From Mobula hypostoma (taxonomy: Eukaryota): DNA of 64,000 nucleotides. The notes beneath the pieces were generated by a model, which was not told the origin of the DNA, did not search any database, and saw nothing but the letters and a program-made list of their open reading frames with translations. Within the stretch, counting starts at the first letter, position 1. Each line of letters starts with the position of its first letter. Positions 37,750 through 50,359 of the stretch are shown here, in pieces. Location of the stretch: positions 123,630,001-123,694,000 of the forward strand of contig NC_086097.1 of assembly GCF_963921235.1 (NCBI RefSeq), read 5' to 3'. Position numbers and translations under genes: made by a program.

Positions 37750-38310
37750 GTTCTCTGTTGGTGGGTCCTCAGGTGGCTGTAGAGGCTGATCCAGGATCCA
37801 CATATTCTGATGCAGTGTGGACATGAGTAAGTGGTGGCTGTGGTTGATGGTTGTTCAGACCTCTCTTGTAGTTGCTGTTTGTTGTCTACTGCACAGCGGA
37901 GATTGTTCCCGTGTAGCGCAGTTCCCTCTTGAGCACATTTTCTCCAGGTGTATCTGCTGAGTGTGATGTCTTCACAGTTTTTTGATGTAATGTTGAATCA
38001 CTTCAAGCTGATTCTGATGTTATCTTTGAAGAGTTTTGCTTGCCCACCTGGGGCTCGCTGACCTTGGGAATGAAGGATTTGTTTGGGGAGATGTGAGTTA
38101 AGCATCCAGACGACATGACCTATCCGTCGGAGTTGGTCTTGCTTTATCGTGGTGGAGAGGCTGTTCGTGTTGGCCTCCTCCAGGACGCTGATGTTAGTGC
38201 ATCTGTCCTTCCAGCTGATCTGCAAAGTCTTTCATAAGACTCTTTGGTAGTATTGTTCTAGGGCTTTCAGGTACCTACTATGGAAGTCCATGATTCAGCT
38301 TGATTATGTA
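37750..38310 (-). mobile_element. RTE-clade LINE 3' fragment
   Basis: ISWKDRCTNISVLEEAN...QLRRIGHVVWM..HLPKQILHS. Confidence 0.8.
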
Positions 38311-38369
38311 TAAACCATTAAAACATGCACATTAATTCCTTGACATCTATATCTATCATACTTAAAATA

Positions 38370-39655
38370 GAGCTGCAAGAAAAAGTTTGTGAGCCCTTTG
38401 CAGATACCTGGTTCTCTGCATTAATTACTCATAAAAGGAGGTCTGATCGTCATCTAAGTCATAGTAATAGACAATCTGTCTAAACTAATAGTACACAAAC
38501 AATTGTACTTCTTGTCAATACTGAGTACACCATTTAAACAATCACTGTCTAAGTTCAAAGAAGTATGTGAACCTCTGGGATAATGCCTTCTACAAAAGAT
38601 ATTTGGAGTCAGGTGGTCCAATCAATGAACACTGAAGGAGGTGAAAAAGATCCCAAGGGTAATAGCAAAAACCCTGCTGAAATCTCTAGAACTTGGTAGA
38701 GTCTCTGTTCATGTGTCCACTATAAGAAAAATACTGAACAAGAATGGTGTTCATGGAAGGACATCATGGAGCAAATCACTGCTCTCAAAAAAACAACTTT
38801 TCTACTCATCTCAAGTTTGCAAAAGACCACCCGGATGTTCCACAACACTTCTGGGACAATGTTCTGTGAACGGTTGAAACAAAAGTTGAACTTCTTGGCA
38901 GAAATGCACACCACTATGTTTGGAAGAAAAAAGGTACAGCACACCAACACCAAAACCTCCTCCCAACTGTGAAGCATGGTGGAAGGAGCATCATGATTTG
39001 GGGCTGCTTCGCTGCCTCAGGCCCAGGACAGCTTGCAATCATTGAGGGGACAATGAATTCAAAATTGTATTTAGACGTTTTACAGGATAATATCAGGGTA
39101 GCGGTCCGTCACCTGGAGTTTGTCAGAAGTTGGATGATGCAGCAGGACAATGATCTGAAACACAAGAGTAAATCAACGACAGAATGGTTTAAAAAGAAGA
39201 TTCATGTTTTGATATGGCCATGTCAGAGTACAAGACCTTAATCCAATTGTGATGTTGTGGAGGGCTGAAGAGGGCTGTTCATGCGAGGTGTCCCAGAAAT
39301 ATCAATGAACTGAAGCAGTTTTTTATGGGGGAATGAACTAAAATTTCTTCTCACCGTTGTGCAAGTCTAATCAGTGGTTACAGGAAACATTTGGCGGAGG
39401 ATATTGCTGCTAATGGAGGTTCTACCAATTATTAAGTAGAAGGGTTCACATACTTTTTCCAGCCTGGACTGTGAATGATACAACAATGTGTTCAATAAAG
39501 ACATGAAAAGTACAATTGTTTGTGTGTTATTAGTTTAGGCAGATTGTGCTTATCTATTATTGTGACTTAGAAGAAGATTTGTCCACATTTTATGAGTAAT
39601 TTTATGCAGAAAATCAGGTAAATGTCAAAGGTTCACAGCCGTTTTCTTGCAACTG
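38370..39655 (+). mobile_element. Tc1 element with long IR/DR-type inverted repeats; N-terminally deleted transposase
   Basis: TA-flanked, roughly 200-bp inverted ends with an internal repeat of the GTGAACC site; VKHGGRSIMIWGCF, QQDNDLKHKSKST, WPCQS. Confidence 0.9.
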
Positions 39656-39857
39656 TACCTGTACACAATTTGATAATTTCATTGAGATATTAAGTATGAT
39701 AGCTATAGATGGTTAACTGGATGAATGCACCAGTTAATCTGCAGGAGAAATTATTAATTTCAAGAATTGGTTTATGCTTATGATATGTTTTCTCAACGTT
39801 TTCTGTGAAAATGCTACTGCCGATGAGTGCTTAATCTTTTGACTTGCATTTTGTTTA

Positions 39858-39976
39858 AAACACAAAGTCTGCAGATGCTGGAAATCTACAAAATGTTGAA
39901 GAAACTCAGCGGGTCAGGCAGCATCTATGGAAAAGAATAAACAGTCGACATTTCAGGCCGAGACCCTTCATCAGGT
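39858..39976 (-). mobile_element. Penelope terminal fragment with hammerhead core
   Basis: Minus strand reads CTGATGA-agggtctcggcct-GAAA-TGTCGACTG. Confidence 0.8.
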
Positions 39977-40156
39977 CTTGAGGCATTTTGTTTGTTTTTC
40001 TGATTGTTACTGACTAGAAAAAAAGTTTCCTGTGAGATCCAGTTTTGTTTCGTTAACATGCTTGTAAGAAGCATTAACAACAAAGTACAGTGAAACCCCA
40101 ATTGTACACGCCCCGATTTAACGCGAATTCGGATATAACACGATGAGTCATTGGAC

Positions 40157-40388
40157 TCCATGTCCATGTCAATCCATACTCCCCCTTCTCCAGCCTTTTA
40201 TCCCTTTTGCCAATCAACTTCCCAGCTCTTGGCTTCATCTCTCCCCCTCCTGTCTTCTCCTATCATTTCGAGTCTCTCCCTCCCCCTCCCACTTTCAAAT
40301 CTCTTACTATCTCTTTTTTCCCGTTGGTCCTGGCGAAGGGTCTCGACCAGATGCTGCCTGGCCTGCTATGTTTCACCAACATTTTGTG
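40157..40388 (+). mobile_element. Penelope tail inserted in Tigger
   Basis: 13-bp TSD TGAGTCATTGGAC at 40144-40156 and 40389-40401. Confidence 0.85.
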
Positions 40389-41573
40389 TGAGTCATTGGA
40401 CCTTTTTTTTTTGCTCAAAATGGAACAAACTGCTAGAAAAAGAAAACCTTTCTGTGAAAGATAAGCTTCACGCACTTGACGCGATCAAGACTAGAAGTCA
40501 AACTCAAGTTACACGAGACCTTGGGATACTGGAATCAACACTTTGCGGCTGGAAATCTCACGAAGAAAAGTTATGCGCGTCACTTGCGAAGTTGAAGAAG
40601 AAGCAGGACTAAAAGCCAAACGCCTGAAGACAGCCAAAGATGTCAGCCTCGATGACTCCCTGTACGAGTGGTTCGTTCAAGATCGCTCAGAAGGCCTTCC
40701 GATTTCTGGTCCTATTCTCAAAGCTCAAGCCGAGAAGTTTGACAAGCAGATCAATGGAGAAACCTCGCAGTTCAAAGCTAGCAATGGATGGCTAGACCGA
40801 TTTAAACGCCATCACGGGATTTCTCAAGTGTTAGTGTCAGGAGAAATTTGCTCAGCCGACAGTGCCACTGCCAGCGAATACCCAGCTGAACTAAAAGCTC
40901 GCTTAGAAGAAGGTGGCTACGTGGAAGAACAAGTGTACAACTGTGATGAAACGGGCCTCTGCTACAAGATGATCCCAGACCGTACACTGGCTAGCAAAGA
41001 TGACACCCATCAACGTGAGGGGTTCAAACAACGCAAAGATCGCGTGACGTTTTGTGTAAGCAAGATCGGAACACATAAGTTAAAACCGCTCATGATTGGC
41101 AAATTTCGCCCACCCCGCTGTTTCCACCATGTCAACATGAAGTTGTTATCGTTCGAGTACACGCACAGCAGCAATGCTTGGATGACAAATGTCATCTTTG
41201 AGGATTGGTTTCACAAAACTTTTGTCTCTGCCATCTGCACTTATTTGCGTAAGCAAAAGCTAGAACCCAAAGCTCTTCTTTTGCTTGACAACTGTCCCGC
41301 TCATCCACCAGTTGTCAACCTAGTAAGCCGTGATGGAAAGATCTGAGCTTCTTACCTCCCCAAGAACACTACGTCTAAGATCCAGCCCCTAGATCAGGGT
41401 ATCCTCTTTGTGTTCAAGCAGAATTACAGGCGGGAATTAATTAGTAGAATTGTGGATGACTCAACAACGCTTGAAGCCTATCTGGAAAGCCTGAACGTGA
41501 AGGAAGTTTGTCACTTAGGCCTGGGCAGCAGTCAGCTCGTCATGTGTAGAGAAATGCTGGGAGAAGAGTCTGG

Positions 41574-42585
41574 ATCCTTCTGGCATTTTTGATAAAATTT
41601 TAGGTTTTAATCCTTTGCAGAAGGGATCAATAGCAATAATTTATGATATAGTTATGAAATTACAGCCAGATATATCTGATAAAATCAAAAATGAATGGGA
41701 AAGGGAACTTCAACTTTCCCTACCTATAGAGAAATGGGAAAAAAAATTTTCAGTTAGTTAGTATTTCTTCTATATGTGCTAAACTTACATTAATACAATT
41801 TAAAGTAGTACACAGAGCTCATATGTCCAAAGATAAACTAGCTCATTTTTATTCCCATATAAACCCCACTTGTGATAGATGTGACTCTGAAGTGGCTTCT
41901 TTAACTCATATGTTTTGGTCCTGTCCTCTTTTGGAAAAATATTGGAAAGACATTTTTGATATTATTTCAACAGTTCTATGCATCGATTTAAAACCCCATC
42001 CTATTACGGCAGTCTTTGGATTGCCAATGGTAGAACATAGATCTTTGTCTTCTTCAGCCTATCGAATGATAGCATTTGTTACTTTAATGGCGAGAAGATC
42101 TATTTTGTTGAACTGGAAGGAAACTAATCCTCCAACTACATTCCAATGGTTTTCTCAAACTGTATTAAGTTTAAATTTAGAAAAAATTAGAAGTGATATT
42201 TTTGACCCTTCAGTTAAATTTGAAGAAACTTGGAAACCTTTTATGCAACATTTTCATATGATGTAATCTGACCTTTCCAAATCTTTTTTCTAAACTTAAA
42301 TTATATGATGAGAGGAGCGAGTTAACGACATTACTGAACGTGTCTGATACAAGCTATTGGTCTAGCCCTGTTTTGCTTTTTTTTGGGTTTTTTTTGTTTA
42401 TTTTTTTTTCTTTTTATTTCTTTTTTTTAATGATTAATTTCATTATGAGTTTGGAAGTCTTTAATATCTATGTTACTTAAAATTCATTTTATATACGCGA
42501 TTAACATTATTCCAATCTCTTTGTACCAACTTTGTTATTGAGTTTATAATTTTGAAAATTAATAAAAAGATTTAAGAAGAAAGAA
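41574..42585 (+). mobile_element. L1 3' fragment inserted in Tigger
   Basis: CDRC..LTHMFWSC zinc knuckle; AATAAA and A-rich tail; 12-bp TSD AGAAGAGTCTGG at 41562-41573 and 42586-42597. Confidence 0.9.
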
Positions 42586-43292
42586 AGAAGAGTCTGGGGC
42601 CAGCCTTTTCATCACGCCAATCCACCACCCAAGATGATGATGATGAGCCAGATTTGTACGGCTTCACAGAGGAAGATGTGCGTGAGGCAGAGAAGCTGTC
42701 TGAATGGAACAAAGAAGAGCTACACCAGTGGTACTTTGCCGACGACGAATGCCCAACAAATGAGCACCTGACAGACGCTGAGATCATCCGTAACATAACT
42801 CTCACACCGACGGAGGCCAGTGTACTGGTTTTCAAGCCACAAGAAGATGATAATGAAGAGCATCCACCCCGACCCCCAAAAGTGTCTGAAGCCATTGAAC
42901 ACCCTGAGGCTAGGTGTAAACTGTAAATGATGATTGCTAATATTCTTGAATGTTTTTATTTGTTTTGTGTATTAAAAAGCATTACTAAAAATTAATTTGT
43001 TTTAATTTCTACAGTAACAACAACCCTGTTTTAGCGCGACCCCACTTTTTTTGTGATGACATGTTATGGACCCAAACGATTGTGTTATAACGGGGTTTCA
43101 CTGTACTAAGTGTTCTGTACTGTCCATTTCCCAGAACCATATAATGATTTTTGTAATAACTGAGTAGAAACACACTGTTTTCCTAATGCCCAACTTTTGC
43201 ATGTGATGGATATACTGCTTCTGGAATAGGGAATTTTGTTTGATGTGTAGTTAGTTACTGTTTTTATTTTACTTAATGTTTTAATGTTTCAG

Positions 43293-43356
43293 ACTTTAAA
43301 GCGCATTTCACTCTCAACTCTAGCTATTTGAATTGCTCTTGTCATGGCCAGGCCAG
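43293..43356 (+). other. Candidate 64-nt cassette (poison) exon in TMX3 intron 2
   Basis: T-rich tract ending tttcAG; donor CAG|gtaact; inclusion after exon 2 reads TCA CTT TAA (stop). Confidence 0.3.
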
Positions 43357-43653
43357 GTAACTGTGCTTTGCTGAACGCCAGAGCCAATAGTCCAACTTAA
43401 TGAGGTGTAAGGAATGAGAAACAGGAGGTTCATTAGAATAAAATCAGATACAACTAAAGGAATAGTGAAGAAAAGAAGCACTGGATTAGCAGATTTAAAA
43501 AAAATAAATTTAACTCCCTTAGCATTGAATCAGCATCAGGCTTAATGTCACTGGCACACTGTACGTTGTGAAATTTGTATTTATATATATTAAATTAAAT
43601 AAGTAGCGCTAAAATAAAAATTTTAAAAAGTAGTGTGGTAATGTTCATGGATT

Positions 43654-45330
43654 CAGAATCAGAATCAGGTTTATTATCACCGGCATGTGTCATGAAATTT
43701 GTTAACTTCGCAGCAGCAGTTCAATGCAATACATAATATGGAAGGATAAATAAATAAATAGGTCAATTACAGTATATGTATATTGAATAGATTAAAAATC
43801 ATGCAAAAGTTGAAATAATATATATTTTAAAAATTAGGTATTGTTCACAGGTTCAATGTCCATTTAGGAATCAGATGGCAGAGAGGAAGAAGCTGTTCCT
43901 CAATAGCTGAATGTGGCCTTCAGGCTTCTGTACCTCTTACCTTATGGTAACAGTGAGAAAAGGACATGCCCTGGATGCTGGAGGTCCTTAATAATAGACG
44001 CTGCCTTTCTGAGACACCACTCCTTGAAGATGTCCTGGGTACATTGTAGTCTGGTACCCAAGATGGAGCTGACTAAATTTACGACCCTCTGCAGCTTCTT
44101 TCGGTCTTGTGCAGTAGCCCCCCCCCCCCCATACCAGACAGTGATACAGGCTGTCAGAATGCTGTCCACCGTGTATGTAAGTTTTTGAGTGTTTTTGTTG
44201 ACATACCAAATCTCTTCAAATTCCAAATGAAGTATAGACGCTGTCTTGCCTTCTTTATAGCTGCATCAGTATTTTGGGCTGATCCCTCTATGAGAATTGG
44301 TATGTGTTCCTTCGTCTTACCCTTCCTGAAGTCCACAATCAGCTCTTTCGTCTTACCGATGTTGGGTGCAAGATCGTTGCGGTGACACCATTCCACTAGT
44401 TGGCATATCTCACTCCTGTACGCCCTCTCATCTCCATCTGAGATTCTACCAACAATGGTTGTATCATCAACAAATTTATAGATGGTATTTGAGCTATGCC
44501 TAGCCACACAATCATGAGTATATAGAGAGAGTAGAGCAGTGGGCTAAGTACACACCCCTGAGGTGCACCAGTGTTGATCGTCAGCCAGGAGGAGAAATTA
44601 TCACCAATCCGCACAGATTGTGGTCTTCCAGTTAGGAAGTCGAGGGTCCAGTTGCAGAGGGAGGTACAGAGGCCCAGGTTCTGTAACTTATCAATCAGGA
44701 TTGTGGGAATGATAATGTTAAATGCTGAGCTATAGTCGATGAACAGCATCCTGACATAGGTGTTTGAATTGTCCAGGTGGTCTAAGGCTGTGTGAAGAGC
44801 AGTTGAGAGTGCATCTGCCATTGACCTATTGTGTGATAGGCAAATTGCAGTGGGTCCAGGTCATTGCTGAGGCAGGAGTTCAGTCTAGTCATTACCAATC
44901 TCTCAAAGCATTTCATCACTGTAGATGTGAGTGCTACTGGGAGATAATCATTAAGGCGGCTCACATTATTCTTCTTAGGTATTGGTATAATTGTTGCCTT
45001 TTTGAAGCAAGTGGGAACTTCTGCCCATATCAGTGAGAGGTTGAAAACGTCCTTGGATACTCCAGTGGGAATCTCGTTCATCCATTCATACACTAATTAG
45101 ATTACGAGGCATTTGGCTATACAATACACATCAGGCAGAAGCTGATTGAGTGTACATTTCGCGGTTTATCATGTCACATCCACTGTTGATAAATGAGATG
45201 GTTCCTACCCTAGCGGTGAACGGTTTCATGCCAATGTTTGGGCTGTCCAATCAGGGGTAATTTGTAATATCGCCGACTTTATGGGCTGTGAAGCAGTGTC
45301 CGATAGAATGGGACTAGGGAACGTGAGTTT
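43654..45330 (-). mobile_element. Rex1/Babar-type LINE (RT region, internal deletions) nested in an older copy (about 43530-45490)
   Basis: [52 protein letters not shown]; (CAGAAT)n tail. Confidence 0.88.
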
Positions 45331-46351
45331 ATTCAATGTTCATTCAGAAATCAGGTGGCAGAGGGGAAGAAGCTGTTCCTGAATTGTTGAGTCTGTACCT
45401 CTTTCCTAATGGTAGCAATAAGAACAAGGCATGACCTGGGTGATGGAGTCCTTAATAATGGATGCCGCCTTTTTGAGGCATTGCCTCTCGTACATTTGAG
45501 GTAATGCCTTTACTGCTGAAATGTTAATTTCTTGGGACGGTTGTGTATCTCATGAATAGCAATTACTTACACTGACCTACTGCCTTAAATAAGTTAAAAT
45601 TTTCTCTCAGGAAGTTGTAGCAAACAGAATTGGAGTCCAAGGATATATTAATGCAAATGATCATAAGTTTGGATTTGAAGATATATCCCAAGAAGTATGA
45701 AAGATGGAAATTTAAGTAGAAAATCTCAATGATTCTGTCCCAGGTAGCCATTGATAATGGCCACCAGGGTGAATGTGAAAAACTGGTGATTTGAATAAGC
45801 ACTGAGATAACAGGTTGCCATGATAAGGAGGAGCAAACTTAAAGCTGAATTTAGAAATACCATATAGATGAGAATTTCAACATTGGGATATGCTTAGATT
45901 TGAGGTCAGCCTGGATCATTAAGTACAGGTGATGTCAAAATGTGGCAGCACAGATTATCATGAGTTGCGGAACTTTTGGCAACTGTACATGGCTGAATTT
46001 TGGAGGATGGTGCATTACCATGAGAGTATTGGGGTAGTAATACAGTCCAATACACAAAATACACTATAAATTACACTGATAAATATATATATAAATAAGT
46101 AGTGCAGTAATAGTGACTTAGTGTTCATGGAGCATTCTTCACCTCCTCCCCGCCATCAGATATCCTCCTCTATCTTTCAAACGGGATGAAAGGTTTTGGT
46201 CTGAAATGTTGACTGTCCATTTCCCTCCACTGCTGCCTGACCCATTGCTTTAGATCTCAGCATCTGTAGACTCTTGTGCCTCCATTTAGTGTAATTGCAG
46301 TAGGTGTGCTTTGCTGTTGAGTCAGTTCATAGTCTGCATTAGTGCTACTCA

Positions 46352-47818
46352 ACCAACACACACAAGATACTGGAGGAACTCAGCAAGCCGGGGACCATCT
46401 ATGGAAAAGAATAAACAGTCAACATTTTGGGCCGAGATCCTTCATCAGGACTGGAGAAAAAAGATGAGATGTCAAAGTAAGAAGGTGGGGGGTGTGGAGG
46501 AAGAAATACAAGATAGTAGGTGATAGGTAAGACCAGGAGAGGGCTAGGGGTGAAGTAAAGGGCTGGGAAGTTGATGAAGGAGATAAAGGACTGGAGAAGG
46601 GGGAATCTGATAGGAGAGGACAGAAGGCCATGGAAGAAAGAGAAGGGTTAGGAGCACCAGCAGGAGGTGATGGTGAAATAAGTTGATAAGGTGAGAGAGG
46701 GAAATACGAATAGTGAAGGGGTGGGGGTAGTCCAATACCAGAAATTCGAGAAATCAATCTTCATGCCATCAGATTGGAGGCTACCCAGACAGAATATAAG
46801 GTGTTGCTCCTCCAACCTGAATGCAGCCTCATTGCAGTAGTAGAGGAAAGCGTGAACTGACATGTCAGAATGGGAATGGGAAGTGGAATTAAAATGGGTT
46901 GCTTCTGGGAGATCCCGCTTTTTCTGGCGGACAGAGTGTAGGTGCTTGGCGAAGCAGCCTCCTAATCTATGTTGGGTCTCACCAATATACAGGAGGCCAC
47001 ACTGGGAGTACCAGGTATAGTAGATGACCCCAGCAGATTCAAAGGTGAAGTGTTGCCTCACCTGGAAGGACTGTTTGGGGCCCTGAATGGTAGTGAAGGA
47101 GGTACAGGGCCCTTTCCTCAATTCCTCTGTCTCTGCCACATCTGCTGTCAGGATAATGCTTTTCATTCCTGAACTAAGGAGATGTCCCCCTTCAAAGAAA
47201 GGGGCTTCCCTTCCTCCACCATCAATGCTGCCTTCAACTGCATCTCTTCCATTTTGCACACAAGGAAAATCCTTACGCCACCCCGCCAGGGATAGGATTC
47301 CTCTTGACCTCACCTATGGGTCAGTGTAAGATGAGGCCACACCTAGGTCGGAGGAGCAACATCTTATAGTCCGTTTGGGTAGCCTCCAACTTGACGGCAT
47401 TAGCATTGATTTCTCGAACTTTCGATACTTGGCCCCCACCTCCCTCACCACTCCTCACTCCTATTTTCCTCTCACCTCATCTCCTTACCTGACCATCACC
47501 TCCCTCTGGTACTCCTCCCCCTTCTCTTTCTTCCATGGCCGTCTGTCCTCTCCTAACAGATTCCCCCTTCTCCAGCCCTGTATCTCTTTCACCAATCAAC
47601 TTCCCAGCTCTTTACTTCACTCCTCCCCCTCTCATGGTTTCACCTATCACCTACTACCTTGTACTTGTTCATCCCCTCCCCCCATCTTCTCGCTCTGACT
47701 TCTCATCTCTTTTTTCCAGTCCCAATGAAGGGTCACAGCCTGAAACGTCGACTGTTTATTCATTTGCATAGATGCTGCCTGGACCTGCTGAGTTCCTCCA
47801 GCATTTTGTGTGTTTTGC
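46352..47818. mobile_element. Penelope element with tail-out inverted arms
   Basis: Minus arm 46352-47105 (GPKQSFQVRQHFT..LLYIGETQHRLG); plus pieces 47106-47310 and 47325-47818; terminal repeats on both outer ends with hammerhead-like cores at about 46416-46451 and 47718-47755. Confidence 0.85.
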
Positions 47819-48906
47819 CTTAGAACAAAAGATGTCAAGTGGAGAGAGGCAGCAAAATTGCAGTTATGATTGAGAGCCCATTGTCTAGAAAGGGAGTGGA
47901 AAGAGTGAGTCATGGTTAACATTGGGGAATTAAGTAGGCGCTGAAAAGAAAGTAGTTTGAAAGCGGGAAAATCGTTTGAAAGCAGGAAAATGGGACCAGC
48001 TGGATTGCTTTCTGAGCATCCAATATTGTTGCAGAATTGCTGCTGCCTCTGCCATAATGATTCTGTCTGGGTTGTTTCGCACAATTTTCCAGGAGGACCA
48101 GGAATCTGTAGAATTAAAATAACATATTTGATGTCTTTTTCTAATTTAAAATAAATGGGAATGGAGGCTGCCCCAAAAGGTCACCTGCAGTGTCTGCTTG
48201 GCCCTCTGTGCTAGTCTAGTGGCAGGTCTGAATGACTCTTGAGGCTCATGGTGAATCAGAATCAGGTTTTTTCCCATTGACAAATGTTGTGGAATTTGTT
48301 ATTTTGTGGCAACAGTTCAGTGCTTGGCATAGAAATTACTGTAAGTTTTTAAAATGAAGCACCGTTACCTTGCTCCTAAAATCTCCAGAAAAGGTTTTTT
48401 TGCAGAGGTGTTAGTAACTATGGCTGGAACGCTAAGAGACATTTCAAGAGTTTTGAAATTTTGCTAACGTTAAAATGAATTATTAATTTTTTTCCAAACT
48501 AGCATCAACACAGCACAATTAAGGAGGTTTGTGTTTTGCTTTAACTAGGGAGCATGGCTCCTCCTTTATTCCCTCATCTGGAAGGATTGAATCCCCATTG
48601 TAAGCAGTAAGAATTCTCATCCAGCTGCAAGATTCTCAGAAAATGTGGACTCTGGCTGGACACATGGAAATGCATGGAGGCAGGTCTAAGACTTGAAACT
48701 ATCCAAACAGCTAAGCTTTACTAGCTGTATTTGGAACTCAGTGGAATTCAGATCAGGTTCTGGAAAATTAAGCTTTGAAATTAGTTGGTACTTGTTCTCT
48801 GGAAAAAAATTACAATATTTCTACATTTTAACAACTGGCATGTCGTTCACTTGGCTTTCAAATCTGATTGACACACAACTAAAAGTAGCATTTAACCTTA
48901 CATATA

Positions 48907-49463
48907 CATTAAGTGGCCAACTTATTAGGTACCTCCTCTACCTAATAAAGTGGCCACAGAGTGTATCTTTGTGGTCTTCTGCTGCTGTAGCCCATCCACC
49001 TCAAGGTTTGAATTGTGTGTTCAGAGATGCCCTTCTGTACACCACTGTTGTAATGCGTGGTTATTTGAGCTACAGTCGCCTTCCTGTCAGCTTGAACCAG
49101 TCTGGCCATTTTCCACTGACATCTCTCATTAGCAAGGTGTTTTTGTTCAGAGAACTGCCACATAATGGATGAATTTTGTTTTTCACACCATTCCCTGTAA
49201 ACTCTAGAGTCTGTTGTGCATGAAAATCCCAGGAGATCAGTTTCTAAGATATTCAAACCATCCCTTTTGGCTCCAACAATCATTCCATGGTCAAAATCAG
49301 TTAGATCACATTTCTTCTCCATTCTGTTGAGAATATGCTACTAAACCTCCTGATCATGTCTGCAGGCTGTTATGTGATGAGCTGCTGCCACACAATTGGC
49401 TGATTAGATATTTGCATTAACAAGCAGGTGTATAGGTGTACCTAATAAAGTGGCCACTGCATG
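48907..49463. mobile_element. Tc1-derived MITE (reverse orientation to 3175-3681)
   Basis: TA-flanked CATTAAGTGGCCAACTTATTAGGTAC ... GTACCTAATAAAGTGGCCACTGCATG. Confidence 0.85.
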
Positions 49464-50359
49464 TACATTCTCGGCTGTGGCATATTTTCTAATCAGTAAA
49501 GAAATAAAATAAATCCTGTGATAAAATATGCCATATATTTGTACTGTTGTGTAGAAAGAGCTGCATGTATTGGAAATTCCTGAACTTTCGTGCTTTCTAT
49601 GTTACTTTTTAATTATTCTCGATGTTCCAAAGCAGATATAGTAATAGTTTGCTGAATTTATTGCTGGATTAGGATGATGATGAAATTACTGTGGATTGTG
49701 CAGCATCTGTTGGCGATGTGTGGCAGAGTGGGGGAAGAAATTGCTGTTTTAGGTCAAAACCCTGCGTCATGACTTTAATTGCAAGATGTTTGTTATTCGG
49801 ACTTCATTTATCTGGGGAGATACATAATGGTACAATAAACTGAATCAGAAAATATTAAAATATAGGAACTCAGCAGGTCAGGCAGCATCTATGAAGACAA
49901 ATAAATCGTTGAACGTTTTGGGCCAAGATCCTTCATCAGGATTAAAATAGCACTACATACACATGAACTATCACTGATGCATACACTGTCCATGATTTTG
50001 GAGTTGGTTGGGGAAAGATGGAAAATATCTGAAGTCTGTAACTATCCGTGGGACTCTTTGGTTTATTCAGTCCCTTAGTTTAGATGTGAAGCTTCCAAGT
50101 AACAAAGTGATATCTATTTTAAATGCTTTTTGGCTGATTGCAAAATATTATATAGTGATTCTAATTTTTCAGCATTTTTCCTCATTTATCTTTTGCATGG
50201 GATCAATTGATGGGAATTCTACAGCACCTTCTGGGGATAGATTTATGCTGCAGCTCCATTATGAGAATGCTTCATTTTTTCCTTTTAGTAACTAGCAATT
50301 GTCAGGTTTTTAACTTTTTTTTTGAGAGGGGTATTTTTAAAAAGGGTTCAAAGGTTTCA

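Larger units (their letters stand above)
40088..43103 (+). mobile_element. Tigger/pogo DNA transposon (decayed CENP-B HTH and DDE) with nested inserts
   Basis: TA-flanked TIRs CAGTGAAACCCC / GGGGTTTCACTG; LYEWF, FKASNGWLDRFKRHHG, YNCDETG, LLLLDNCPAHP, QPLDQG. Confidence 0.92.

Noticed and set aside
40420..42926. Domesticated TIGD/Jerky gene
   Set aside because: TA-flanked TIRs, frameshifts and an L1 insertion in the ORF.
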